A stretch of 64,000 nt of DNA from Nitrospirota bacterium. Its GTDB lineage: Bacteria; Nitrospirota; UBA9217. The translations under genes and the position numbers were made by a program. This document shows positions 29,918 through 39,206 of the stretch, piece by piece (position 1 is the first letter of the stretch; each line of letters opens with the position of its first letter). The notes beneath the pieces were generated by a model that ran no database searches, had not been told where the DNA came from, and saw only the letters and a program-made list of their open reading frames with translations. Where the stretch lies: positions 1-64,000 of the forward strand of contig CAWBNQ010000011.1 of NCBI GenBank assembly GCA_963790205.1, read 5' to 3'.

Positions 29918-30293
29918 AGCAGAGATCGAACGCTACATGACCGGCCGGACGAAGGAAGGGAAGACAGCGATGTCCTGCTTCGTATTCCCCGCTGAATTTA
30001 TCGGTTTTCAAGGCCACTTCCCCGAGAAGAAGATCCTGCCGGGTGTTTGTCAGATCCAATGCGCGCTCTCCACGTTTGAAAAGGGGACCGGAAAGGCCGT
30101 GGTCTTGAAAGAGGTCGTGCTCGCAAAGTATTTCTCACCCGTGTTCCCGAATGACGAAGTGACCTGTGTCGTAAACGACCCGGGGGATACCGGCAGTGCG
30201 TTCACCGTAAAAGCGGTCATCACAAAAAATACCGTCAAAATCGCGGAACTGAAGCTGAGGCTCTCTTTTGCGGACCGGGACGGCAACCCCTAG
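29904..30293 (+). CDS. 3-hydroxyacyl-ACP dehydratase (FabZ / ApeI-like)
   Basis: FQGHFPEKKILPGVCQI, KYFSPVFP. Confidence 0.88.
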   Translation: MSTIKAEIERYMTGRTKEGKTAMSCFVFPAEFIGFQGHFPEKKILPGVCQIQCALSTFEKGTGKAVVLKEVVLAKYFSPVFPNDEVTCVVNDPGDTGSAFTVKAVITKNTVKIAELKLRLSFADRDGNP

Positions 30294-30294
30294 G

Positions 30295-30780
30295 ATGAGG
30301 ACGAGAAAAAAAACAACCTATTTCGATCGGGTCCCGGACTCACCCGAGCCCCTCGTGGTGGAGATGAAAAGACGGGTCCGCTTTAATGAGGCCGATCCCA
30401 TGGCGATCGTATGGCACGGCAGGTACCCGCTCTTCTTTGAAGAGGCTTCCGAAGAGCTCGGCAGGCTTTGCGGCATGTCCTACAAGGAATTCTTCGAGGC
30501 GGGAGTCAGGGCGCCCGTCGTGGAACTGCATATCGATTATTTTCAGCCCCTGTTCCTTGATGAGGAGTTCACCATCAAGGCATCGCTCATCTGGCACGAA
30601 GGCTCGCGCATGAACACGGAATACCAGCTGATCAAACAGAATGGGAGTCTCGCCACGAGCGGATACATGGTGCAACTCTTCAGCGATCACCGGACCGGCG
30701 AGGCCTATATCGTATCGCCGGAGTTGCTCGAACGATGCCGCGAGAGATGGAAGGCGGGGGAGTTCCATCGCAAACCATGA
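30295..30780 (+). CDS. 4HBT-family thioesterase (ApeK-like)
   Basis: VRFNEADPMAIVWHGRY..FFEEA. Confidence 0.88.
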   Translation: MRTRKKTTYFDRVPDSPEPLVVEMKRRVRFNEADPMAIVWHGRYPLFFEEASEELGRLCGMSYKEFFEAGVRAPVVELHIDYFQPLFLDEEFTIKASLIWHEGSRMNTEYQLIKQNGSLATSGYMVQLFSDHRTGEAYIVSPELLERCRERWKAGEFHRKP

Positions 30781-31892
30781 AGCCGGTCGTGGTGATGGCA
30801 GAGATGGTGACCCCCTATGGCAAGGGTACCGACGCATGCTGGAAAGGATTGCTTTCGGGGCAGAGCGCCATTTCCCGCGTCGAGCGTTTCAAGACCGCCG
30901 CGTTCCAGTCGGACTATGCGGGGATCATCGGCGGCCTGCGGTATCACGGGCGGACATCCCTGGTCATGCAGATGCTGCAATCGCTCTTCGAAGGCGTGGT
31001 CCTCCCCGAAGACGCAAAGCTGCTGCTGGCCACGACCAAAGGGGAAATCGACCTGCTTGAACAGAGTATGCTTCAGAACAGGGGAGATGTCTCGGACGCG
31101 GTTATCAGCCGCCTCATCGACAAGGTTGCCGATCTAACGGGCACGCGGGGCGGCGGGCTGGTGTTATCGGCGGCATGCACATCATCAGCCGCGGCGGCGG
31201 CACAGGCGGCGGCAATGATCCGGAACGGACACACGGACTGTGTGCTCGTGGCCGCCTGTGACAGCGTCACTGAGTTCATTTTTTCCGGGTTTTCCACGCT
31301 CAGTGCCCTGGACGATCAGCCGGCACGGCCTTTTGACAGAAACAGGGCAGGCCTGAATGTGGGCGAGGCCGCGGCCTTTGTTCTTCTGATGAGCGACGAA
31401 CGGGCAGTACGCGAAAACCGTCCTGTTCTCGGGACGCTGGCGGGATGGGGCCTGAGCGATGACGCGAACCACATGACGGGCCCGTCCCGCGAAAGTGAAG
31501 GCCTGATTCTGGCCATTCGGAAGTCGCTGGTCTCTGCGGACATCGGTCCCGACGATATCGGCCTGATCGCCGCGCATGGCACCGGGACCGTGTACAATGA
31601 CCAGATGGAGATGCGGGCCTTTCGCGCGGTCTTTCAGAACAGGGAGCGACCGGTATATTCCATCAAGGGCGGCATCGGCCATACCATGGGCGCTGCGGGG
31701 CTCGTGGAAATGATCATCGCGCTTCGTGCGCTCCGGGAGCAGATCGTTCCTCCCACCGTGAACCTGAGGGAGCCTGACGACAACGCCCGCGGCTGGGCTT
31801 CTGGCCAGACGCAGGCGGTACGCGAACGCGCGCCGGGGCTGGTGACGAATGCCGGGTTCAGCGGCGTGAACACGGCGCTGGTGCTGGCATGA
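30777..31892 (+). CDS. Beta-ketoacyl synthase KS2
   Basis: SAACTSS, AAHGTGT, KGGIGHTMGAAG. Confidence 0.92.
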   Translation: MKPVVVMAEMVTPYGKGTDACWKGLLSGQSAISRVERFKTAAFQSDYAGIIGGLRYHGRTSLVMQMLQSLFEGVVLPEDAKLLLATTKGEIDLLEQSMLQNRGDVSDAVISRLIDKVADLTGTRGGGLVLSAACTSSAAAAAQAAAMIRNGHTDCVLVAACDSVTEFIFSGFSTLSALDDQPARPFDRNRAGLNVGEAAAFVLLMSDERAVRENRPVLGTLAGWGLSDDANHMTGPSRESEGLILAIRKSLVSADIGPDDIGLIAAHGTGTVYNDQMEMRAFRAVFQNRERPVYSIKGGIGHTMGAAGLVEMIIALRALREQIVPPTVNLREPDDNARGWASGQTQAVRERAPGLVTNAGFSGVNTALVLA

Positions 31893-31902
31893 GCAGGGCG
31901 GC

Positions 31903-32577
31903 ATGACAATTTCGGTCCGCGGCATAGGATGGCTCACCAAAGAAGGTTATGGCTGTGTCAGGAACGGGCTCCTGCACCGGTACGAGATCCGCGAAGGTGT
32001 CCGCACTGCGCCGGGGAAGGAGATCTTTTGTCATCCGTTCAAGAGTTTTGGACGGCTCGATACGATCTCAAAGATGACTGCGTATGCGGTGAGCCTGGCG
32101 CTTCAGGACGCAGGAGTTGCATATTCCCCTCAGCTGAAGCAGGACATCGGGATCGTCGGCACCAATGCCGAGGGATCGCTCCGGTCCGATATCGAATATT
32201 TCAGGGATTATATCGCGGCCGGCCGCACCCTGTCACGGGGGAACCTGTTCATTTATACGCTGCCGTCGAGCCCCCTGGGGGAAGCAGCAATTCATTTTGG
32301 TCTCCGGGGGCCCCTCCTGTATGCTGTCGACAGGAGCAACGCTTTGGCCGGCGTGCTCGATATGGCAAGCGAGATGATCCTTGCCAACGGGGCGACACTG
32401 ATGCTCGCCGGAAAAGCGGAAGCCGAAGAGGCCGTGTTCTTCGTCCTTGAGCGGAAGCGCGGCATGAACAAACCGGTCCTCTGCGAGCTGGAGGAGGCGC
32501 GATCTGCCGTAGAAACAATCCCTGATGTAGCAGGGCTGGTACGCAAATTCTTGCCGTTCGACAAGGGAAAGGGATAA
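31903..32577 (+). CDS. Truncated non-catalytic KS / chain-length-factor-like subunit
   Basis: FGRLDTISK, FIYTLPSSPLGEAAIHFGLRGP; no catalytic Cys; N-terminal half of the fold only. Confidence 0.8.
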   Translation: MTISVRGIGWLTKEGYGCVRNGLLHRYEIREGVRTAPGKEIFCHPFKSFGRLDTISKMTAYAVSLALQDAGVAYSPQLKQDIGIVGTNAEGSLRSDIEYFRDYIAAGRTLSRGNLFIYTLPSSPLGEAAIHFGLRGPLLYAVDRSNALAGVLDMASEMILANGATLMLAGKAEAEEAVFFVLERKRGMNKPVLCELEEARSAVETIPDVAGLVRKFLPFDKGKG

Positions 32578-32578
32578 G

Positions 32579-33847
32579 GTGAAGATCAAACTTATTTATC
32601 CAAAGTGGCCGAAGCTGGAACGGCAGACCGAGTTCCATCTGCCGCCGCATGGTCCGATCTGTTTCGCCGCCACGGTGCCCGGGGACCATGAACTTGCCTT
32701 CATCGATGAGCATGTCGAAGACATCGATTTCGACGAAAATACGGACCTGGTGGCCATTTCCTGCATGCTTACCTGCCAGATCCCGCGGGGGTGGGAGATC
32801 GCCGACCAGTTTCGGGCGCGCGGGATCCCCGTCATCTTCGGCGGCATCGGCACGATGCTCCATGCAGAGGAAACCAGGCAGCATGCAGATGCGGTGTTCC
32901 TCGGAGAGGCCGAAGGCCGTTTCAGCGCGGTCATCAATGATCTGCGGAACAAGAACCTGAAAAAAGTATACGACTACCAGTGGAACTTTCCCGACATGAG
33001 CGTGGTGGGGCCTGCGCGGCGGAACATACTCAATCGGGAGCGCTACAACTATCGCGGTGTGCAGATGGTGGACCTTATTCACGCGTCGCGCGGCTGCCGG
33101 TTCAATTGTTTCCCCTGCTGTACGCCGTACCTCGGGGGGCGCGAGTTCCGGCCCCGCCCGATAGACGATGTCGTCAAGGAGATCGAGTCCATTGATAATA
33201 ACCGTCTGTTCTTTGTGGACAACTCCATGGCCCAGAACGATCAGTGGGAAAAGGACCTGTTCAAGGCGCTGATCCCGCTCAAGAAAAAATGGGTCTGTCA
33301 TCCCATCAAGGACAATGACGAGATACTGGACCTTGCCGCCGAAGCCGGATGCTGGTACGTGTACCAGGCCATCTTTGACACGTCGGACCATATCCGGAAC
33401 AGGGTGAAGCGCTTGCAGGACCGCGGCATCGGTGTCGAGGGGACGATCATCCTCGGCACGGACGAGCAGAACGAGGATTATATCAAGCGGCTCGTCGATT
33501 TTCTGCTCGAGATCAAACTGGATCTGGCTGAATTCACGATCCTGACGCCATTCCCTCATTCGCCGGTCCGTGATTCGCTCGAAAAAGAGGGCAGGATCCT
33601 GACAAATGACTGGCGCCGGTACACGGGCGGCGATGCAGTGTTTCAACCGGCACAGATGACGGCGGCGAAGCTGCAGGAACTTTATTATTACGCCTGGGAC
33701 ACGTTCTACAACGAAACCAGCCAGAATCTCAGAATGGCCAAGCTTTTCCTGAAGGTCATGGAGAAGGAAAAGACCGATGGAACGTACCGGGGGGCAAATC
33801 TCAGGCGCAGGAAATGGCAGAAAGAAAAGACGGGGATAGAAAAATGA
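32579..33847 (+). CDS. B12-binding radical SAM enzyme
   Basis: N-terminal B12-type domain (VIFGGIG, GEAEG), SRGCRFNCFPC, FVDN, LTPFPHSP. Confidence 0.88.
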   Translation: MKIKLIYPKWPKLERQTEFHLPPHGPICFAATVPGDHELAFIDEHVEDIDFDENTDLVAISCMLTCQIPRGWEIADQFRARGIPVIFGGIGTMLHAEETRQHADAVFLGEAEGRFSAVINDLRNKNLKKVYDYQWNFPDMSVVGPARRNILNRERYNYRGVQMVDLIHASRGCRFNCFPCCTPYLGGREFRPRPIDDVVKEIESIDNNRLFFVDNSMAQNDQWEKDLFKALIPLKKKWVCHPIKDNDEILDLAAEAGCWYVYQAIFDTSDHIRNRVKRLQDRGIGVEGTIILGTDEQNEDYIKRLVDFLLEIKLDLAEFTILTPFPHSPVRDSLEKEGRILTNDWRRYTGGDAVFQPAQMTAAKLQELYYYAWDTFYNETSQNLRMAKLFLKVMEKEKTDGTYRGANLRRRKWQKEKTGIEK

Positions 33848-35214
33848 AGGTGCTGCTTATCTCAGCCAACGTGACCTTGTCACCGTACCCGCTGTACCCT
33901 CTTGGGGTGAGCATCATCGCTGCCGCGCTCACCAAGGCCGGGCACGAGGTGCGGCAGGCTGACTTCCTGATGCAGAACACCTCGCTTGAAGCAATCGGCC
34001 GGGAGGTCCGGGAGTTCAACCCCCGCCTTGTCGGCATATCGGTGCGCAACATCGATAACGTAAACTTCATGAACGAGCAGTATTACATCCAGAACGTCAA
34101 AAACCTTGTGAGCACGGTCAGGGGCATCACGGACGCTAAAGTCCTTCTCGGCGGTGCGGGTTTTTCCCTGATCCCCGACCTGATCCTGAAGGAGACCGGG
34201 GCTGATTACGGCATCATCGGAGAAGGCGAAGCCCTGGTGGTCGAGTTCGCAAAGAACGCGGAAAAGGGGACCTACCCTGTTGAACGACTCCTTGGATCGA
34301 ACACACGGCTCACCGGCGACCAGATCGGCTCGGCGCTGTATGACGAGCGGCTTCTCGAGTTCTATCTCCACAGCGGCAACATCGCTTCCATTCAGACCAA
34401 GCGGGGGTGCACCTATAAATGCGTGTACTGCACCTATCCCGTGCTCGAAGGGGCCCGGCTCCGCAGGAGAGAGCCGTCTGCGGTCGTCGATGACATCCTG
34501 CTGCTTCGGGACAGGTTCAAGACCAAGTACATCTTCTTCGTTGATTCCGTGTTCAATGACGACGAGGGCGCCTACCTCGAGGTGGTCGATGAAATGCTGC
34601 GCCGCGGCGTCAGCATCCCCTGGACGGGTTTCTTCAAGCCCGGAGGGCTCACTGACGAGACCGTCGAGCGCATGAAAAAGACCGGGTTCGTGGCGGCAGA
34701 GGTCGGCGCCGACGCGGCCTGCGACAGGACGCTCAAAAAGATGGGGAAGAGCTTTACCTTCCGCGATATCGTGGAGTGCAACAACCTCTTCGTAAAACAC
34801 GGCATCGCCACGTCGCATTTCTTCATGTTCGGCGGTCCGGGAGAGACGCCGGACACGGTAGAGGAGGGGATCAGGAACATCCTGGCCCTTCAAAAGTGCG
34901 TCGTATTCATCTTCATGGGGATCCGGATACTGCCGGACACGGCGCTCGCACGGCTGGCGGTCAAGGAGGGCCTGATCTCGGCCGGGGACGGGCTGCTCAA
35001 ACCCGTCTATTACCTCTCTCCGCTGGTTGACAAAAAATGGCTGGAGGACAGGCTGACCGCGGCATTCGCCAATGTGCGGCACTGCGTATTCCCGCCCGAT
35101 GCCATGGACAGCAGCCTCCAGGTCCTGCATAAGCTCGGATACACCGGTCCCATGTGGGACCTGCTCCTGCCGGGTAAAAAAACCAGGGAAAGGGTGCGGC
35201 ATGGCGCCAAGTAG
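33844..35214 (+). CDS. Lipid-biosynthesis B12-binding radical SAM enzyme (TIGR04072-like)
   Basis: PYPLYPLG, ISVRNIDN, QTKRGCTYKCVYCTYP, FVDSVFN, GGPGET, GIRILPDT, LLKPVYY. Confidence 0.85.
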   Translation: MKVLLISANVTLSPYPLYPLGVSIIAAALTKAGHEVRQADFLMQNTSLEAIGREVREFNPRLVGISVRNIDNVNFMNEQYYIQNVKNLVSTVRGITDAKVLLGGAGFSLIPDLILKETGADYGIIGEGEALVVEFAKNAEKGTYPVERLLGSNTRLTGDQIGSALYDERLLEFYLHSGNIASIQTKRGCTYKCVYCTYPVLEGARLRRREPSAVVDDILLLRDRFKTKYIFFVDSVFNDDEGAYLEVVDEMLRRGVSIPWTGFFKPGGLTDETVERMKKTGFVAAEVGADAACDRTLKKMGKSFTFRDIVECNNLFVKHGIATSHFFMFGGPGETPDTVEEGIRNILALQKCVVFIFMGIRILPDTALARLAVKEGLISAGDGLLKPVYYLSPLVDKKWLEDRLTAAFANVRHCVFPPDAMDSSLQVLHKLGYTGPMWDLLLPGKKTRERVRHGAK

Positions 35215-36400
35215 TTTCATACCTCGGGAGCGCATCTGGTGCGTCGTGCCGGTCTATAACAACCGGGACACGGTCCGGGAGGTTGTGGAGGGATGCCGCG
35301 CCGTTCTCCGGAACGTCCTGGTGGTTGATGACGGCAGCACGGACGCCGATGTGGCAGCGATGCTTGCCGGTATGGATGTCGTCGTTTTGAAACATCAGGA
35401 CAACCGGGGCAAGGGCCAGGCGATCCTGTCCGCTTCGCAGTATGTCGAGAAGCGCGGCGGCCTGTACCTGATCACGGTCGATGCCGACGGCCAGCATGTT
35501 CCCGGGGACCTCGAGAAATTCATTCCTCTCCTGCGTGAGGATGAGCCGGCCATCATCATTGGCAGCAGGGACTTCAATACCGAGAACATTCCGTCCTCGA
35601 GCCGCTTCGGGCGTTCCTTTGCCAATTTCTGGCTCAAGGTCGAGACCGGACAAACGATCGATGATTGCCAGAGCGGGTTCCGCGCCTATCCCGTGCACTA
35701 TCTCAACCGGCTGCGTTTCAAGGGTTCGCGGTATGATTTTGAGGCTGAGGTCCTGGCCAAGGCCGCCTGGGCAGGGCTCAGGCTCGGGACGGTCCCGATC
35801 GAGGTCAGGTATCCGAGGCCCGAAGAGCGGATATCGCATTTTAAGCCTGTTCTGGACAATATGCGGCTGGCGCGCATTCATTCCATGCTGGTGGGAAGAC
35901 GACTGCTGCCTCTCCCGCACCGGAAACTGGTGAAGGGTCAGAAGTCCTTCGATCTTTCTCTCCTGCGCCATCCGGGCAAGGTCCTCAAGATGCTGCTGCA
36001 GGAGAATGCCACGCCGCAGGGTCTGGCCCTGTCAGCGGCGATCGGCCTGTTCCTTGCCGTGTTGCCGATCCTGTTCGCGCATTCGCTCGTGATCCTCTAT
36101 GTCTCGCTGCGTCTGAACCTGAACAAGGTCGTGTCGCTCAACGTCCAGCACCTGGCAATGCCGCCGTTCATTCCGGCGCTGTGCATCGAGGTCGGCTACT
36201 ATTTACGACACGGCACGTGGCTGACCGATCTTTCGTTTCAAACGGTATTCGAACAATTTTCGTCGCGGCTCTACGAATGGTTCCTGGGCTCCCTGATCAT
36301 CGCCCCGATCGCCGCCATTCTGATCGGAACGCTCATGTACATTTCCGCGACGGTGATAAAAAAAGTAAGGTATGGCAATGGCATCAAAGAAGGGTGTTGA
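35201..36400 (+). CDS. GT2 glycosyltransferase with C-terminal DUF2062 membrane domain
   Basis: VPVYNN, VVDDGSTD, NRGKG, DADGQH, DCQSGFRAYP, RISHFKP; TPQGLALSAAIG TM region. Confidence 0.9.
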   Translation: MAPSSFIPRERIWCVVPVYNNRDTVREVVEGCRAVLRNVLVVDDGSTDADVAAMLAGMDVVVLKHQDNRGKGQAILSASQYVEKRGGLYLITVDADGQHVPGDLEKFIPLLREDEPAIIIGSRDFNTENIPSSSRFGRSFANFWLKVETGQTIDDCQSGFRAYPVHYLNRLRFKGSRYDFEAEVLAKAAWAGLRLGTVPIEVRYPRPEERISHFKPVLDNMRLARIHSMLVGRRLLPLPHRKLVKGQKSFDLSLLRHPGKVLKMLLQENATPQGLALSAAIGLFLAVLPILFAHSLVILYVSLRLNLNKVVSLNVQHLAMPPFIPALCIEVGYYLRHGTWLTDLSFQTVFEQFSSRLYEWFLGSLIIAPIAAILIGTLMYISATVIKKVRYGNGIKEGC

Positions 36401-37280
36401 ACGGAAGCGGGGCAACCGGGCGGGTTTCTGGTTTTTCCGAACGGCGGCGATGGTATTCGGACTGCGGGGCGCCTACGGGCTGCTTTATTTTGTCAGCCTG
36501 TATTATCTCATCTTTGATCATGCCGTGGTTGCTGCGAGCATGGCCTATGTCCGGAGACGATTCCCGGACCACGGGGCTCTCCGGCGGATGATCGATGTGT
36601 ACTTGCTGTTCGTGAACCAGGGGAAAAGCCTCATCGACCGGTACTACGTTGCCGCCGGCGGCAGTGATATCGGCCTTGAGCTCGTCGGCTATGAGAAGAT
36701 CAAGGATCAACTTGCCGACGGGCGAAAAGGGATGATCTTCCTGACCGCTCATGTGGGAAACTGGCAGGTTGCGACAACGGCCCTTAGAAAACTCAACCGT
36801 ACCGTGTACCTCATGATGCGTCCCGAGGACAATGTCGCCGTAAAAGAGACGCTGAACATCGACAGCGAACAGGGGACGATCAGGATCCTGTATACCGATG
36901 GTTCCCTGGGAGGGGTCGTTGAGGCGCTCAAGGCAATCAGCCAGGGGGGCATTGTCTCGATCATGGGAGACCGCACGTACGGGTACGATTCGAAGGAAGC
37001 ATCCCTGCTGGGCGGGGCCGTTCGGTTCCCTTATGGCGCCTTTAGTATCGCGGCCGCGGCGCGGTGTCCCGTTGCCGTGTTGCTGTCAGCCAAGGTGGGC
37101 GTGAAAAAATACGCGACCGATATCTCGCACATGATCGACCCGCCTGTAGGAAAGCGGGGCAGCAAGGAATCGGAGATTCAAGCGTGCGTTCAGGAGTTTG
37201 CCCGCATCCTGGAAGAGTACGCCGGACGATATCCCTACCAATGGTTCGTCTTCCGCGACATGTGGCAGGGAAATACGTGA
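36372..37280 (+). CDS. LpxL-like (lipid A acyltransferase family) acyltransferase
   Basis: LTAHVGNW, IMGDR, FPYGAF, YPYQWF; resembles the C-terminal half of ApeJ. Confidence 0.88.
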   Translation: MAMASKKGVERKRGNRAGFWFFRTAAMVFGLRGAYGLLYFVSLYYLIFDHAVVAASMAYVRRRFPDHGALRRMIDVYLLFVNQGKSLIDRYYVAAGGSDIGLELVGYEKIKDQLADGRKGMIFLTAHVGNWQVATTALRKLNRTVYLMMRPEDNVAVKETLNIDSEQGTIRILYTDGSLGGVVEALKAISQGGIVSIMGDRTYGYDSKEASLLGGAVRFPYGAFSIAAAARCPVAVLLSAKVGVKKYATDISHMIDPPVGKRGSKESEIQACVQEFARILEEYAGRYPYQWFVFRDMWQGNT

Positions 37281-37314
37281 TACGGTCAATCCCTTTACGG
37301 ACAAGGAGAATACG

Positions 37315-37593
37315 ATGGAGATGAACAGGGAACAGGAACTGGCGCAGATCAGAAAAGAATTGAAAGAAATGATCGTGCGGGAATTATCACTGGAGGATGT
37401 CAGCCCCGCTGATATCAAGGATGGTGAGGTCCTGTTCGGCGAGGGGCTCGGTCTGGATTCTCTCGATGCCGTGGAAATCGTTGTGCTCCTTCAGCGCAAC
37501 TATGGCCTTGAGGTAAAGAACATGGACCAGGGAAAAGAGATATTCCGTTCGGTCGATTCCATCGCCAACTTTGTCTACGATAATAAAAAATAA
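37315..37593 (+). CDS. Acyl carrier protein ACP2 (ApeE-like)
   Basis: LFGEGLGLDSLDAVE; RBS AAGGAG. Confidence 0.95.
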   Translation: MEMNREQELAQIRKELKEMIVRELSLEDVSPADIKDGEVLFGEGLGLDSLDAVEIVVLLQRNYGLEVKNMDQGKEIFRSVDSIANFVYDNKK

Positions 37594-37834
37594 GGCTTTT
37601 GAACAGGGATCCTGAACCGGATCGCGCGTCAGAACGACCCGGCGGGGGTTTCCGATGTGCGCAGCTGCATGCCGTCGCTGCCGTTTTACAGCGACGATGC
37701 CGGAAGAACGATGAAATGAGCGCCTGCACGGTGGTTTTGTTTGGCGCGTGGTACGCTGTGTGCACGCATCAGGAAGTGCTGAAACGGTTTTCACCGGGCA
37801 CTCTTGACGGGTTGTAGCCGGAGAGAAGGAACGG

Positions 37835-39205
37835 ATGGAATCAAAAGAAGTACTAGCGATCATAAGAAACAAGCTCTTCTACGGTTCGGCAGACTACACA
37901 AAGAACCAGCCGGACCTTTTTATTCCCCACCGGTTTAAGATCCTGGCGCCATCGCAGGTTGGGGGGTTTCTCGAAAAAGTAAAAGAGGGGTTGTCCGCGG
38001 AACAGGAACTCCTGCTGTATGTCCATCTGCCATTTTGTTTTTCCGAATGTCTGTTCTGTAATTCCTTTCCGCACAAGGTCGACCGGGAGACCCAGCGGGA
38101 TTATTTGAACAACCTGCTGAAGGAGATCGAACTACTGTCGCTGCACGGCGTTTTTAAGGGCAAGAAGGCGCGATGCATTTACCTGGGCGGCGGAACTCCC
38201 ACCTCATTTTCCAACGATGACATAAAACGGATCCTGGAGAAGATCGCTTCGTGCATAGAGCTGTCTGATGCCGTTAATATTACTTCTGAAGCCCATCCAT
38301 TCACGTTATCGGACGCCTCGAGAATAGCCGGTTTGCGTGATATGGGAATAAACAGATTAAGCATCGGCTGTCAGACCTTTGATCAAACGATCCTTCGCCT
38401 GTGCAATCGAAGGAACACCGAGGGACAGGTCGCACAAATCGTGCGCGAGGTTCAAGACGCCGGCATGTCCATCAATATCGATATGATGACGGGACTGCCC
38501 GGCCAGACCATGGAAAGCGTACGCACGGACCTCGCGATCCTGGAAGGAATCCGTCCGAATTCGGTTGAGTATATCAGGCATGAAATAGTGAATCCGCTCG
38601 TTGTAAAGCTGTATAATGAGCGCCAGGACCTGGTGGTCAGCAATGACACGTTGTTCGAAATGGTGTGTGTCACTCAGGAATGGATGAGCGCGAACGGGTA
38701 CGAGCAGAACGGTCGGTTCACGGATGATAAACAGTGGGGATACCGCTATCATTGGTTAAAGGAAATGCCTATTATCGCATTCGGTTCCCGGGCGCGATCG
38801 TATACCAAGACCATTTGCTACGACAAGTATGAAGAGCTGGCTGCGTATGCAAGTATCATCAAAAAGGGCGGGCTGCCTATCGGCAGGTTCATCGCTCTTA
38901 CGAAAAGAGAGCAAATGTACCGGTCGCTCCTGCTCAATCTGCAGATCGGGGCCGGTCTCGACATAGCGCTGTTCCAGGGCAGATTCGGGGCGAGCCCCCT
39001 TGAGGTGTTCTCAACGCTCTTTTTAAAGCTCCACGAGTACGGGTGCCTTCAGCAGGATAGAGATGCGGTCCGCTTGTCGAAATATGGCGCTTACTTCGTT
39101 GAGGATGTGTGCGACTATATTATTGATACGGTCTTAAAAGAGGAATCGCAGGACCTGGTAAGAACTCCTCACTCAGAGGGAGGGACCTCTGCACGGCTTC
39201 ATTGA
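37835..39205 (+). CDS. HemN-like (class C) radical SAM enzyme
   Basis: LYVHLPFCFSECLFC, YLGGGTPT, NRLSIGCQTF, IDMMTGLPGQT. Confidence 0.88.
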   Translation: MESKEVLAIIRNKLFYGSADYTKNQPDLFIPHRFKILAPSQVGGFLEKVKEGLSAEQELLLYVHLPFCFSECLFCNSFPHKVDRETQRDYLNNLLKEIELLSLHGVFKGKKARCIYLGGGTPTSFSNDDIKRILEKIASCIELSDAVNITSEAHPFTLSDASRIAGLRDMGINRLSIGCQTFDQTILRLCNRRNTEGQVAQIVREVQDAGMSINIDMMTGLPGQTMESVRTDLAILEGIRPNSVEYIRHEIVNPLVVKLYNERQDLVVSNDTLFEMVCVTQEWMSANGYEQNGRFTDDKQWGYRYHWLKEMPIIAFGSRARSYTKTICYDKYEELAAYASIIKKGGLPIGRFIALTKREQMYRSLLLNLQIGAGLDIALFQGRFGASPLEVFSTLFLKLHEYGCLQQDRDAVRLSKYGAYFVEDVCDYIIDTVLKEESQDLVRTPHSEGGTSARLH

Positions 39206-39206
39206 G

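Noticed and set aside
37599..37817. 72-aa Cys-containing ORF as a RiPP precursor for the SPASM enzymes
   Set aside because: TTG start without a clear RBS, overlaps hairpins, no leader-like composition; the context is lipid rather than peptide. Not fully excluded.
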